Below are positions 9,535 through 20,231 of a stretch of 64,000 bases of DNA, piece by piece. A model generated the notes under the pieces. That model was given only the letters and a program-made list of their open reading frames with translations. It searched no databases and was not told where the DNA came from. This stretch comes from an uncultured PS1 clade bacterium (lineage in GTDB: Bacteria > Pseudomonadota > Alphaproteobacteria > MED-G09): assembly GCA_902533755.1 (NCBI GenBank), contig CACANC010000004.1, positions 660 through 64,659 on the forward strand, in the 5' to 3' direction. Numbering within the stretch: position 1 is the first letter of the stretch; each line of letters opens with the position of its first letter. A program made the position numbers and the translations under genes.

Positions 9535-10363
9535 TTAACTCTTCATAATTGCTTGAAATTCTTATAAAGCCTTCAATATCAATATTTTCAGCTCTTATAT
9601 CTGGATCAATATTAGATAATTCAAGCAATGAAATCGTATTTATATTTAACTGGTCTAAATTATTTTTCACTTTTTTTCTTCTTTGACTAAAACAAATTTT
9701 AACAATTTTCTCAAAAACTTCAGTATTGATATTTAAGTATTTTTTTTTAGGAGAAATTTTTATAACTGTTGAGTCAACTTTAGGTCTAGGGATAAATGAT
9801 GAAGGTTTTACATTTAATAATTTTTCTACATCATTATTTAAATTTACCATTATAGATAGTCGTCCATAATTTTTTGTACTTATATTTGCTGTTATCCTTT
9901 CAGCAACTTCTTTCTGAACCATTAAAATCATTTCTTTCCAGGGGATAATCTTTCTGATTTTAATCAATTTAAGGATAAAAGGGACAGAAATATTATATGG
10001 TAAATTTGAAACAAACTTATAATTTTTTTTAGTCAATTTTTTAAAATCAAAATCAATTACATCATTAATTAAATAATCAAAATTATTTCTGTAATTACTT
10101 TTTATTTTTTTTAAATTAACTTCAAATGAATCATCTTTTTCTATAACTAAAAGTGATCTGGCTTTATTTTTAAGTATACTCTCTGTTAGAATTCCTGGTC
10201 CAGGGCCAATTTCAATTATATCTTCATCTTCAACATTAGCCTTATTAACTATTGAGGAAATTATATTTTTATCATGAAGAAAATTTTGTCCTAATTTCTT
10301 TTTAGGTTTTAATTTATATTCCTTTATGATTTCTCTTAATGAATTTTCATAATTTTTTTTCAT
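9509..10363 (-). CDS. rsmA: 16S rRNA (adenine1518/1519-N6)-dimethyltransferase
   Basis: KKLGQNFL, SAM motif EIGPGPGILT, and NLPYNIS. Last gene of the lptD-surA-pdxA-rsmA cluster. Confidence 0.93.
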   Translation of the reverse strand: MKKNYENSLREIIKEYKLKPKKKLGQNFLHDKNIISSIVNKANVEDEDIIEIGPGPGILTESILKNKARSLLVIEKDDSFEVNLKKIKSNYRNNFDYLINDVIDFDFKKLTKKNYKFVSNLPYNISVPFILKLIKIRKIIPWKEMILMVQKEVAERITANISTKNYGRLSIMVNLNNDVEKLLNVKPSSFIPRPKVDSTVIKISPKKKYLNINTEVFEKIVKICFSQRRKKVKNNLDQLNINTISLLELSNIDPDIRAENIDIEGFIRISSNYEELIKENYEDF

Positions 10364-11345
10364 TATTAATTCTTTGATTGTAAATCAAATTTACATACCT
10401 AATAGCATTGGTTAAGCTGGAGCTATTGGCCTTATTTTCTCCTGCAATATCAAAAGCTGTTCCATGATCTGGCGAAGTTCTTATAAAAGGAAGGCCGGCA
10501 GTAAAATTAATTGAGCCATAAAAATCTGAAGATTTAATTGGGATCAGAGCTTGATCATGAAACATGCATAAATTTGCATCAATATTCTTAAGTGCCTCTT
10601 TATGAAACATAGTATCAGCTGATTTTGGTCCATTAATCTTGTTTCCTTGTTTTTTGAATTTATCTATTATGGGTTTAATGATTTTAATTTCTTCATTTCC
10701 AATTTCCCCTTCTTCACCATTATGAGGATTTAAAGAGCTTACTGCTACTTTTGGATCAGTTAAGCCAAAATCTAATTTCAAAGATTTAATATAAACCTTT
10801 ATAGTTTTTTCTAAATTGTTTTTGGTAATCTTTTTTGGGACTTGAGAAATAGGTATATGAGTAGTCAAAGTTGCAACCTTCAATTTTTTATTTAACATTA
10901 TCATTAAAGGCTTTTTGTTTGAGACCTTGCCAAGATATTCAGTATGTCCAGGATAGTTAAAGCCATTAATTATTAATGTTTTTTTCATAACTGGAAGAGT
11001 AACAATACCAGCTACTTTTTTTTGCTTAGCTAATTTAATCGATAGATCTAATGACTCAATAATAGCAGGAACATTTTGATTATATGATTTTTTAAAGCCA
11101 AATCTCACTTTATTTCTTGTTGGTAAGATATTTAAGTGTCCTTTTAAACAATCCTCTATATTTTCTATAATATTAATTTTAGTATAAAAATTTAATGCTT
11201 TTACAGATTTTTCTGCCCAATCAGGGTCTGCGATAAGAAAAAAAATTGGTAATTTTTTATTGATGCATTTTAAAATAATTTCAATATTAATTCCACCAGG
11301 TTCACCCATTGATATTGCTATGGGAAGTTTTTTATTCAATGGCAT
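10347..11345 (-). CDS. pdxA: 4-hydroxythreonine-4-phosphate dehydrogenase
   Basis: GEPGGIN, GHTEYL and RTSPDHGTAFDIAG motifs. Between surA and rsmA, as in E. coli. Confidence 0.93.
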   Translation of the reverse strand: MPLNKKLPIAISMGEPGGINIEIILKCINKKLPIFFLIADPDWAEKSVKALNFYTKINIIENIEDCLKGHLNILPTRNKVRFGFKKSYNQNVPAIIESLDLSIKLAKQKKVAGIVTLPVMKKTLIINGFNYPGHTEYLGKVSNKKPLMIMLNKKLKVATLTTHIPISQVPKKITKNNLEKTIKVYIKSLKLDFGLTDPKVAVSSLNPHNGEEGEIGNEEIKIIKPIIDKFKKQGNKINGPKSADTMFHKEALKNIDANLCMFHDQALIPIKSSDFYGSINFTAGLPFIRTSPDHGTAFDIAGENKANSSSLTNAIRYVNLIYNQRINNEKKL

Positions 11346-12586
11346 TACCTATACTCTATTACTGCATCTCTTCTTAAATCTCTTAGATATCGCCTGGACA
11401 TCATGCCAATCTTTTGAGAGTAAATATTGTCTTCTATTGCCTCTCTTGAAATCTGAAGGCCAATATCATCTTTTCTATCGCATATTAAGATTAAATTAAG
11501 GTTTTCGCCAATTTCTCTTATATCAAGAGACTGACCAGCATCTTTATTCAACAATTCTTTATGCAAGTCATTTGGAAGGTCACTTAATGTTCTCTTACCA
11601 ATATAATTAACTTCTTTTTCATTATATTTTTCTATTAATCTGTCTATTCTTTTGCAAGATATAAATTCTCTTGCAAAATTATTTGCATCTTCAATATTTT
11701 CCTTATTAAAAATTACTGAAATTAAATCATACTGGTTTCGTAATGGGTTCTTTCCTCCAGCTTTAGTAATATCATTGAGACGGATAATGTAATAACCCCC
11801 AGAGGAATTTATAGGATTTGAGATTTCTTCTTTATCTAAATTTTTAACAATATTTATAATTTCTTGATTTAATTGACCTTCAGCCACCCACCCAATATAT
11901 CCACCTTGTCCAGAAGTTGATGATTGACTAAATTGTTGAGCAACTGCTGAAAAAGAAGCTCCCGATTTTAATTGTTCAACTAATTTAATTGCAAGTGTAT
12001 TTGCTTCACTTTCTTCAGAAGAATTTTCATAACCTAAGAATATTTCAGAAATCTCGTATTGGTCTTTTCCAATGCTTTCAATTGTTCTATCATAAACAAT
12101 CGATACTTCATCATCATTAACGCTAACATAAGATCCATATCTTCCTCTTACTATTTTATTCCATAATAATTCTGCTCTTATTTGATTTAGCAGGGTATCT
12201 GGCCTAACTCCTTGAGAATTAATTAATTCAAGAATTTCATCTCCAGACATTTGATTGCCATTAGCTATTCTTTCTAACATTAGACCAACTTCTTGTTCTG
12301 AAGTAGGAACATCTAACTTTTCTGCTTCCTGAAGTTGAATTTTTTCATTAACTAAAGAGCGCAGGGCTTGAACCTCTAATCTGGATATATTTTCTTGTGT
12401 GGGTTTTATTCCTGAAGTTGAAACAATTAGTTGAACTCTTTGCTGGACATCATATCTTGAGATTACTTCGTCATTAACTATTGCTGAGATTGCTTGTATA
12501 TCTTGAGAAAAAACAAAAGAGGGTAGAAATAATAAATAAACTATTATTAATTTAGATATTAAATAATTTAAGAAAAATTTATTCAT
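11345..12586 (-). CDS. surA: Periplasmic chaperone / peptidyl-prolyl isomerase SurA
   Basis: Signal-peptide-like MNKFFLNYLISKLIIVYLLFLPSFVFS, a SurA N-domain and a parvulin region (GGYIGWV...GGYYIIRL). I prefer ATG 12586, just after the lptD stop, over the ORF-track start at 12649. Confidence 0.88.
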   Translation of the reverse strand: MNKFFLNYLISKLIIVYLLFLPSFVFSQDIQAISAIVNDEVISRYDVQQRVQLIVSTSGIKPTQENISRLEVQALRSLVNEKIQLQEAEKLDVPTSEQEVGLMLERIANGNQMSGDEILELINSQGVRPDTLLNQIRAELLWNKIVRGRYGSYVSVNDDEVSIVYDRTIESIGKDQYEISEIFLGYENSSEESEANTLAIKLVEQLKSGASFSAVAQQFSQSSTSGQGGYIGWVAEGQLNQEIINIVKNLDKEEISNPINSSGGYYIIRLNDITKAGGKNPLRNQYDLISVIFNKENIEDANNFAREFISCKRIDRLIEKYNEKEVNYIGKRTLSDLPNDLHKELLNKDAGQSLDIREIGENLNLILICDRKDDIGLQISREAIEDNIYSQKIGMMSRRYLRDLRRDAVIEYR

Positions 12587-12587
12587 T

Positions 12588-14942
12588 TTATTCAACTCTT
12601 TCCCATAATCTATTAAGTCTTTTTGAACTATTAATATTTCCACCACCAAAAGTATATACTTTTAATTTAACCATAAATGAATTCGTTGGCTTTAAATCAC
12701 GATATTCAGCAAATTTTCTTCTAAATCCTATTTCAAAAGATACGCAATCGTCAATGTAAACGATAGAAAGCCTATTTCTCAATGATTTTTTGGTCTCTAC
12801 ATCGTATCTTATAGCTCCTTGAAGAAGCCAGTTTTCATTAATATTTATAAAATTTGCAAATCTAAGTTCCTTTTGTTCTTTTAAATTTAGATATTCCTCA
12901 TCATCAAGATGTGCATGTCCTAATCTAAATCCCCATCTTTTATAATTTCCTTGGATATCAAATTCCGATCTTGTAAGATTTAGATCGTCTTCATTCATTC
13001 TGCCTCTATATGAAATTGTAAGATTCTTATTTGGTTTATAAAATAAATCAAAAATTAAATCAGAAAAATCTTTTCTTAAACCGTTTCCTGTGTATGAAAA
13101 ATTTAGATGAGAAAATCTATAACTTTGAGCTAATAAAGCCTTAACAACTCTATCTCCCCAAAAATGTGAAATTTGGATACCATAATTTATTCTGTTCCCA
13201 TATTCCCATCTATCAAATCCCTGAATCCTATCATTGAAAAAAATATTTGCTGAATTTAATTCAAATGCAATAGAGTCTTCATTGGGTATTTTTAAATACT
13301 CTTTATCATTTGGAGCGATGGTAAAATTAATTATTGGCTCTATTATTGTATATCCTTTTGGAGAAACAACTGGAAATTTCCATTCCAAAAAATAACTGGG
13401 CAATATTCTAGCTATATTTAAATCATTACCAAAACGATTTGAAGGAAGGAGTCTTGATGAATTATTTGGAATATATTTTTTTGTTGATCTATATAAATCA
13501 CCTCTTAAAAAAACACCCATATCAATTAAATGACCTGTTTTTGTTATAGTATTTCTTTTCCAAGAACTTTTAAGTGAAATTCTCTGTGTATTCCCATCAG
13601 TTTTACGAATTATATTAGCTGAGTTGAAATTTAAATTGAATTTTCCACCCAAAAATTCGAAATTAGGTTGCCAGTTTAAACTTATAATAGGAAGTATGAT
13701 TGGCTCTGAGCCTTCCTTTTCAGGCAAAAGAAGAGTAAAATGCTTGGATTCTATATTTAGAGATAAATTATCCCAATTTTTTGATATTGATATTGAAGAA
13801 ACAATATCGGTTTTATCATTTAGATCAAATCTTCGTAAAAAAGTATCATCGGAGACAAAAGTACCATCAAAATCAATATTCCAATCATTCAAATTAAAAC
13901 TTCCTCTTGCAGAAAAAGAACCCCTATAATCATATCCAATTGCGTTTGATATAGATGAAGGGCGTGGATCATCCAATGACGCAACCTCAACATTTGAAAT
14001 AGAATGATTATTGTCATCATATTCGAAAACTAATTTTTTTCCTAAACTCTCTAGTTCTGAATTAGTGTTAAAGGGTGAGTCAATAACCGATTGCCAATCA
14101 CTATTTACGTTAACCGTTCTTGCTTTAAAGTTATCACTTAAAGAGGCTAAAATTCCGTAAAAATTTATACTTCCATTTTTAAATTTTTGTCTCCATTCAT
14201 TTTCAAAAATAAATGCACCTTTCGTTACAATCCAGGGGGTTATCGTTAAATCATAATCTTGCCTAAGATTAATAAAATAAGGTGTTTTAAGGACTACTCC
14301 TAAATCTCCAGAGCTTACTAGAGAAGGCGCTAGAAATCCTGTTCTTCTTTTTACATCTGGGCTAGGATGTCCGGCAATCGGAACATAAAATATAGGTACC
14401 CCAAAGAGCTCAAATCTTGCGCCTTCATAAATAATATTACCATTAATTTCGTCATGAATAATTCTATCTGCGCGAACTTGCCAGGAAACCCTTTTATTGT
14501 TTGACTCACATTTTTTACATGGACTAAATAAACCTTTTCTAAGAATAGTAGCTTTACCATTATTTCTAATTGCATAATCTGAAGTTAAGACTGTACCATC
14601 TTTGGTAACTATTCTCGGTAATTCAATAATTCCGTCATTTAGATTTGAAGAGATTTTTATTTTTGAAGCAGTAACAAGGCCGCCATTTCCCTCATTTATT
14701 CTTATATTACCTTCAGCTTCAATAATATTCTTTGAAGGATCTAAAGAAACTTTATCTGCTTCAAGTCTATATCCCTCTCTTATTATTAAAACAGACCCTG
14801 TTGCTAGGATTTTTCCGCTATTATTAATATATTCGATCTTATCAGCTTCAAGAATATTTTCATTGCTTTGATTGGACTTAAGATTATTAAATGGAATTAA
14901 TATTAAAAGAATAAAATATGTGAAAAAAAATAATTTATTCAT
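12588..14942 (-). CDS. lptD: LPS-assembly outer membrane protein LptD
   Basis: 784 aa. Signal peptide, OstA-like N-domain (ADKIEY...GNIRI) and a large beta-barrel C-domain. Upstream of surA, as in E. coli. Confidence 0.9.
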   Translation of the reverse strand: MNKLFFFTYFILLILIPFNNLKSNQSNENILEADKIEYINNSGKILATGSVLIIREGYRLEADKVSLDPSKNIIEAEGNIRINEGNGGLVTASKIKISSNLNDGIIELPRIVTKDGTVLTSDYAIRNNGKATILRKGLFSPCKKCESNNKRVSWQVRADRIIHDEINGNIIYEGARFELFGVPIFYVPIAGHPSPDVKRRTGFLAPSLVSSGDLGVVLKTPYFINLRQDYDLTITPWIVTKGAFIFENEWRQKFKNGSINFYGILASLSDNFKARTVNVNSDWQSVIDSPFNTNSELESLGKKLVFEYDDNNHSISNVEVASLDDPRPSSISNAIGYDYRGSFSARGSFNLNDWNIDFDGTFVSDDTFLRRFDLNDKTDIVSSISISKNWDNLSLNIESKHFTLLLPEKEGSEPIILPIISLNWQPNFEFLGGKFNLNFNSANIIRKTDGNTQRISLKSSWKRNTITKTGHLIDMGVFLRGDLYRSTKKYIPNNSSRLLPSNRFGNDLNIARILPSYFLEWKFPVVSPKGYTIIEPIINFTIAPNDKEYLKIPNEDSIAFELNSANIFFNDRIQGFDRWEYGNRINYGIQISHFWGDRVVKALLAQSYRFSHLNFSYTGNGLRKDFSDLIFDLFYKPNKNLTISYRGRMNEDDLNLTRSEFDIQGNYKRWGFRLGHAHLDDEEYLNLKEQKELRFANFININENWLLQGAIRYDVETKKSLRNRLSIVYIDDCVSFEIGFRRKFAEYRDLKPTNSFMVKLKVYTFGGGNINSSKRLNRLWERVE

Positions 14943-14944
14943 TT

Positions 14945-16042
14945 TTAGCTTTCTTCGGTATAGAGCAAGACAGTTACTGATCCTGTAATTGCAATAATTG
15001 GGGTTATTATTGCTGAGAGCAAAGGATTAATTGCTCCTGATGATCCAAAAGCGAGAGATACACTTGATAGTGTGTAAACAGCTAAACCAGTAATAATGCC
15101 TCCAAAAATCAAAATATTGGTTCTACTTGTTCTAATGTAATTAATTGAAAATGGTGCAGCAGCTAAAACCATAGCTACCAAGAAAAATGGAAATATAATT
15201 AAATTGAAGAATCTTGTTTTATGTCTTTGAGATGCAAAACCAGCTTCTTCGGCAATTGTAATAAAATTTGGCAATGCCCAGAAAGAAATAGTTTCAGGTG
15301 GAGAAAAATTTTCCTGTATTTGATCAATAGTAAGATTTGTTTTTATTGAATAATTTTCATAATAAACAGTCTCTTCAGTTTCTTTTATCCATGCATTAGA
15401 TAAAGCCCATTTACCTCTTGATAATTTTGCATTATCAGCATCAATTCTTCTCAACAAATTACCATTTTTTTGATAATTAAAAAAAATTACATTCTCAATA
15501 TTTCCATATTTTTTGTCCATACCAAGAGAGTGAATTATATAATATGTATTATTTTCAAGGTTTTCTTCTTTAAGCCAAAGGCCATTTTCAGATAAAGTAA
15601 TTAAACTGACTTGACCTCTTATACTTCTCGCTTCAAGCTCTTTAAATTTTGCTGATGCAAAGGCAATAAAAGGCTGTAAAGCTAAAATTAAAAATAAACC
15701 AATTATAGAAACAACTAAAATAGGAGGGGTAAGAATTTTCCAAATAGAAACCCCACTCGAACGAAAAATAACTAATTCAGAACTTTTTGCCATATTGTAA
15801 AAAGTAGCTAAAGATCCAAACAATATTATAAATGGAAAAATCTCAAATACCATTTCAGGTAATTTAAAGATTGCAAGCTTTATGGCTAAAATGATATCAC
15901 CATCACCTGCTTTAGATATTCTTCTTGAAAGTTCAGCAGTATCAATAATAAAAACAAATACTGTTGAAATAACGAGCGAATACAACAATGTGGTTATATA
16001 TTTTTTATAGAAATATTTAGCTAACGTCTTTGTTAGATTCAT
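14945..16042 (-). CDS. lptG: LPS export ABC permease LptG
   Basis: 365 aa YjgP/YjgQ-family permease, paired with lptF and divergent from pepA, as in E. coli. Confidence 0.88.
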   Translation of the reverse strand: MNLTKTLAKYFYKKYITTLLYSLVISTVFVFIIDTAELSRRISKAGDGDIILAIKLAIFKLPEMVFEIFPFIILFGSLATFYNMAKSSELVIFRSSGVSIWKILTPPILVVSIIGLFLILALQPFIAFASAKFKELEARSIRGQVSLITLSENGLWLKEENLENNTYYIIHSLGMDKKYGNIENVIFFNYQKNGNLLRRIDADNAKLSRGKWALSNAWIKETEETVYYENYSIKTNLTIDQIQENFSPPETISFWALPNFITIAEEAGFASQRHKTRFFNLIIFPFFLVAMVLAAAPFSINYIRTSRTNILIFGGIITGLAVYTLSSVSLAFGSSGAINPLLSAIITPIIAITGSVTVLLYTEES

Positions 16043-16045
16043 AAT

Positions 16046-17152
16046 TTAAGCCTTACTTAAAAATTCAAAATTTTCTCTATAAAAAACTAAAACAGAAAAA
16101 AGACATAATAAAGGCAATATATATAAAGCAATAATCCCGATTAAACTTGATTGAGCAAAACCCAATAAGAAAAAATCGATTATTTGAAATGAAAAGCCAA
16201 TAGTAACAGCTAATATATTTGTTAAAGCTGGATTGGTCCTAGATTGAATTTTATTAATTAAGAAGCAGAAAGCGAAAAGGATTAAGACAATTGGGTGAAG
16301 TAATTGTGATAATTTATGATGACCGATTGCTAAAAAATTATTAATCCTTTTTGTAACATATGGGTTATCTTCCTTAGGAAAAAGTAATTCTCCTAAAAAT
16401 CTTTGACTTGAGTCAAGATTAAAAATTTCACTTTGAGGTAGAAACTCTGAAAAAGAATATTCATTTCTCTCAAACTTAACTGTTGTTATTCCTCCTGAGG
16501 GCTTAAGAGAATTTTTATGTTGAATTGTTCCATCTATGAGAATTAATTTCGAATCATTCTTATCATTAAAAAATAATCCTTTTTTTGCTGTGTAAGTGAT
16601 TGAATTTTCAGGATCTCTATTATCGTGAACTAAAACACCAGTTATTGAGTTATCTCTCTCTTTGCTTTTAGCATATACAGTTAAACCTTTTGCAGGCATG
16701 GAGAACAATCCATCCCTTAAAATTGTACTTGAAATATCATTTTTAAGTTCATGCATTTTTAGTTTTGAATATCTCATGCCCGCAGGAGCTAGATATAATG
16801 ATAATATCAAGAGTAAAATTGACGCAATTATAGTGAATATAAGAAAGGGTTTTAGGGTTCTAAAATTACTGATTCCTGATGATAAGATAATAATTGATTC
16901 ATTATCTTTACCCATATTATTTAATACAAATACTGTAGAAATGAAAAGCGCCAAAGGTAAGATTTGAGAAAGTATATTAGGTAATACTGAGATAGTTAAG
17001 CTTAAAAATATTGGAATACTTGCTCCTCGAATGATTGCTTCATCAAGCATTCTTAGAACTTGTGTAAGCCAGGCTAGTGATAACATTGCGATGCAGACTA
17101 TCATTAACGAAATAAAAAGTTTTTTAATTATATATTTATCTATACTTGCCAT
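16046..17152 (-). CDS. lptF: LPS export ABC permease LptF
   Basis: YjgP/YjgQ family. N-terminus MASIDKYIIKKLF matches the usual LptF start. I prefer ATG 17152 over the GTG at 17170. Confidence 0.85.
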   Translation of the reverse strand: MASIDKYIIKKLFISLMIVCIAMLSLAWLTQVLRMLDEAIIRGASIPIFLSLTISVLPNILSQILPLALFISTVFVLNNMGKDNESIIILSSGISNFRTLKPFLIFTIIASILLLILSLYLAPAGMRYSKLKMHELKNDISSTILRDGLFSMPAKGLTVYAKSKERDNSITGVLVHDNRDPENSITYTAKKGLFFNDKNDSKLILIDGTIQHKNSLKPSGGITTVKFERNEYSFSEFLPQSEIFNLDSSQRFLGELLFPKEDNPYVTKRINNFLAIGHHKLSQLLHPIVLILFAFCFLINKIQSRTNPALTNILAVTIGFSFQIIDFFLLGFAQSSLIGIIALYILPLLCLFSVLVFYRENFEFLSKA

Positions 17153-17223
17153 TGCTCTTAGATTATACACTACTTATCATAGAAAAGTTATAGTTAGGTT
17201 TTTTAGTTATTTTGGAGAAATAA

Positions 17224-18690
17224 ATGAAAGTTAAATTTGTATCGAAATTAAATAAAATGTCAGAAATTGTTTTTCTTGTCTTATCTAAAAAAAGTGCACT
17301 AAAAAATATAGGACTTAATAATAAACATATAAAAGAGGTAACAAAATCAATTGAAAATAAAGGCTTTGGATTTAAGCTTAATGAGATCATTGAAATAAAT
17401 GGTATAAAAGATAGCAAACTAAAAACGGTTTATATTTGCGGATTAGGAAACAAAACAAAAGAATTAGATGCGTTAGATTTTGAAAAAATCGGTGGAAGAA
17501 TTACTGAATTAAATAAATTAAAGGCTAAAGCTTCTGTAATCATTGATAAAGAAATTAATAATCATGAAAATATAATGAGACTTGGCTATGGATCAATTCT
17601 AGGTTCATATTCTTTTAATAAATATAAAACAAAGAATTTCACAAATCATAAGCTTTCATTAATTGAGATTGTTTCGAACAATCATACAAAACTTAATAAA
17701 GACTTCAATAGATATGCTTCTATCTCTGAAGGCGTTTTTTACGCAAGAGATCTAGTTAATGAGCCTAGTAATGTTTTATTTCCAAAAGCATATGCTCAAA
17801 GAATTCAGAAACTACGACAGCATGGTTTAAAGATTGAAGTTCTTGGTGAATCAAAAATGAAAGCTCTTAAAATGCACTCACTTGTGGGTGTTGGACAAGG
17901 AAGCCAAAGAGAAAGTCAATTAGTGATAATGCATTGGAATGGAAATAAAGCTAAGAAAAATAAACCTATTTGTTTTGTAGGAAAGGGAGTTTGTTTTGAT
18001 TCTGGTGGTATTTCCATTAAGCCAAGCAATAAAATGGAAGAGATGATTGGTGATATGGGTGGATCTGCCGCAGTAGTAGGCACCATGTTATCTCTCGCTA
18101 AGAGAAAAGCTAAAGTAAATGCTATTGGCATTGTTGGTTTAGTAGAAAATATGCCTGATGGTAAGGCTCAGAAACCTGGTGATATAATTAAATCAATGTC
18201 TGGGCAAACGATTGAAATTCAGAATACTGATGCTGAAGGAAGATTAGTTCTTGCTGATGCATTATGGTATGCACAAAAAAGATTCAAACCAGAACTCATG
18301 ATTGATCTAGCTACACTAACAGGAGCAATGGTTATTTCGTTGGGTAGTTTAATTGCAGGATTATTTTCAAATGACGACAAGTTGTCATCAAAGTTAATTG
18401 ATGCCGGAGAGGAGAGTGGAGACCAGGTATGGCGTTTTCCGCTCAGTAAATCTTACGATAAGTTAATAAACTCAAAATTTGCGGATATGAAAAATATTGG
18501 AATGGGTGGAGCTGGATCAATTACAGCTGCACAATTTCTTCAAAGATTTGTTAATAAAGTTCCTTGGGCACATTTAGATATTGCTGGAACAGCTACCGGT
18601 ATGCCAAAAACATCTACAAATACAAGCTGGGCAACAGGTTTTGGAGTACATTTATTAGATACTTTTGTCAAAAAGTTCTATGAGAAATAA
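17224..18690 (+). CDS. pepA: Leucyl aminopeptidase (M17)
   Basis: 488 aa. M17 signature NTDAEGRLVLAD and VGKGVCFDSGGISIKP. Confidence 0.93.
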   Translation: MKVKFVSKLNKMSEIVFLVLSKKSALKNIGLNNKHIKEVTKSIENKGFGFKLNEIIEINGIKDSKLKTVYICGLGNKTKELDALDFEKIGGRITELNKLKAKASVIIDKEINNHENIMRLGYGSILGSYSFNKYKTKNFTNHKLSLIEIVSNNHTKLNKDFNRYASISEGVFYARDLVNEPSNVLFPKAYAQRIQKLRQHGLKIEVLGESKMKALKMHSLVGVGQGSQRESQLVIMHWNGNKAKKNKPICFVGKGVCFDSGGISIKPSNKMEEMIGDMGGSAAVVGTMLSLAKRKAKVNAIGIVGLVENMPDGKAQKPGDIIKSMSGQTIEIQNTDAEGRLVLADALWYAQKRFKPELMIDLATLTGAMVISLGSLIAGLFSNDDKLSSKLIDAGEESGDQVWRFPLSKSYDKLINSKFADMKNIGMGGAGSITAAQFLQRFVNKVPWAHLDIAGTATGMPKTSTNTSWATGFGVHLLDTFVKKFYEK

Positions 18691-19155
18691 GTGACACAGA
18701 TTATTTTTTATAACTCGGCTCCATTACAGGTTGAAAATACACTTTTTACATTAATAGAAAAATCACTGGAAAAAGGATTTAAATCTTTATTGCTTTTTCT
18801 AGATAAAGAAAATTGTTCAGCTATAGATGAGAAATTATGGACTTATAAACAAAATTCCTTTTTACCTCATTTATCAGAGGATGAAGAAATTTCGGATGAA
18901 ATAGATGTTCCAATTTATCTTTCAACAAAAAATGAAAACCCTTACGAAGCTGAGTTACTTTTTTCTATTGATGGTTTTCTACCAGATAATATAAATAATT
19001 TTGAAAGGTTAATTATAATTATTGATGCGAATGACAAAATTTTATTAGAAAAATATAAAAAATATTATTTTGATATTAATAAAGATTTCGAAGATATAGT
19101 CTTTTATAAATCTGACGATAATGGTAAATGGATTGAAGAAAATTTTATGAGGTAA
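18691..19155 (+). CDS. holC: DNA polymerase III chi subunit
   Basis: 154 aa, GTG start right after pepA. IFYNS...[12 protein letters not shown]...DEKLWTY...FLPH pattern of chi. pepA-holC order as in E. coli. Confidence 0.8.
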   Translation: MTQIIFYNSAPLQVENTLFTLIEKSLEKGFKSLLLFLDKENCSAIDEKLWTYKQNSFLPHLSEDEEISDEIDVPIYLSTKNENPYEAELLFSIDGFLPDNINNFERLIIIIDANDKILLEKYKKYYFDINKDFEDIVFYKSDDNGKWIEENFMR

Positions 19156-19157
19156 AA

Positions 19158-19577
19158 ATGTCTATAGAAAGAACTCTTTCAATTATAAAACCTGATGCAA
19201 CTAAAAGAAATATTACCGGTAAAATAATATCTTGTTTTGAGGAATCCGGTTTAAATATTATTGCGCAAAAGAAAATTCTATTAACAAAAGAACAAGCTGA
19301 GGGCTTTTATTCCGTGCATTCCGAAAAACCTTTTTTTCAAGATTTGGTTTCTTTTATGACCTCAGCACCAATAATTGTTCAAGTTTTAGAAGGTGAAAAT
19401 GCAATTCTAAAAAATAGAGAAATCATGGGAGCTACAAATCCTGATGATGCTGAAGAGGGTACAATTAGAAAACAATTTGCTATATCAATAGAGGCAAATT
19501 CTGTACACGGTTCTGACTCTTCTGAGACAGCAATTGAAGAGATAAACTACTTCTTTGACGAGTCTGAGATTATATAA
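19158..19577 (+). CDS. ndk: Nucleoside diphosphate kinase
   Basis: [11 protein letters not shown] and active-site NSVHGSDS. Confidence 0.95.
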   Translation: MSIERTLSIIKPDATKRNITGKIISCFEESGLNIIAQKKILLTKEQAEGFYSVHSEKPFFQDLVSFMTSAPIIVQVLEGENAILKNREIMGATNPDDAEEGTIRKQFAISIEANSVHGSDSSETAIEEINYFFDESEII

Positions 19578-19582
19578 ATATT

Positions 19583-20230
19583 TTATTTACCCAGTCTTCC
19601 ATTAATTTCATCTAGTTGATTTACCGCTTCCTTACTATAAATTATTTTATCGTCATTGATCTGAATTAAGTTATCAGAAAATAATTTCAAACAAACTGGA
19701 TATAAAATATGTTCAAGCTTAAGAACCTTGCTTGCCAATATTTCTTCATTATCATTATTTTCAACTTTTGTTGAAATTTGTCCAATTATTGGACCTTCAT
19801 CTACACCCGCCCTAACAAGGTGAACAGTACAACCAGATATATTTGTTTTAGATTCTATTACTCGCTTATGAACATCTAACCCCTTAAAGGCGGGTAATAA
19901 TGAAGGGTGAATATTAAGTTGCTTATTAAACCAATTATTTACAAAATCTTCACTTAAAATTCTCATAAAGCCAGCATTGCAAATAAAATCTATATTATTC
20001 TCTCTAAGTTTCTTATCTAATTCATGATCAAAGTCTTCTCTTTTTTCAAAAATTCTATGATCAATTACAGAGGTTTCTATGTTGTTTTTTTTTGCAAAGG
20101 AAAGGCCCGAAGCCTCAGCATTATTTGAAAAAACTAATTTAATAATTGCAGATTTATTATTTATTTTGCAAGACTCAATGAGTCTTTCCATATTTGATCC
20201 TCGCCCAGAAATTAATATTGCTACTCTCAT
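19583..20230 (-). CDS. purN: Phosphoribosylglycinamide formyltransferase
   Basis: ILISGRGSN, NIHPSLLPAFKG and TGCTVH motifs. Downstream of purM. Confidence 0.93.
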   Translation of the reverse strand: MRVAILISGRGSNMERLIESCKINNKSAIIKLVFSNNAEASGLSFAKKNNIETSVIDHRIFEKREDFDHELDKKLRENNIDFICNAGFMRILSEDFVNNWFNKQLNIHPSLLPAFKGLDVHKRVIESKTNISGCTVHLVRAGVDEGPIIGQISTKVENNDNEEILASKVLKLEHILYPVCLKLFSDNLIQINDDKIIYSKEAVNQLDEINGRLGK

Positions 20231-20231
20231 T

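Noticed and set aside
12587-12649. Upstream in-frame extensions of several ORF-track calls: surA 12649, rpsF 5524, lptF 17170, crotonase 46107, aldehyde dehydrogenase 60546, nuoB 63214, glnB 49443, pgsA-like 21354
   Set aside because: The extensions overlap the preceding gene or an SD region and add non-conserved residues. A downstream ATG gives the canonical family N-terminus in each case.
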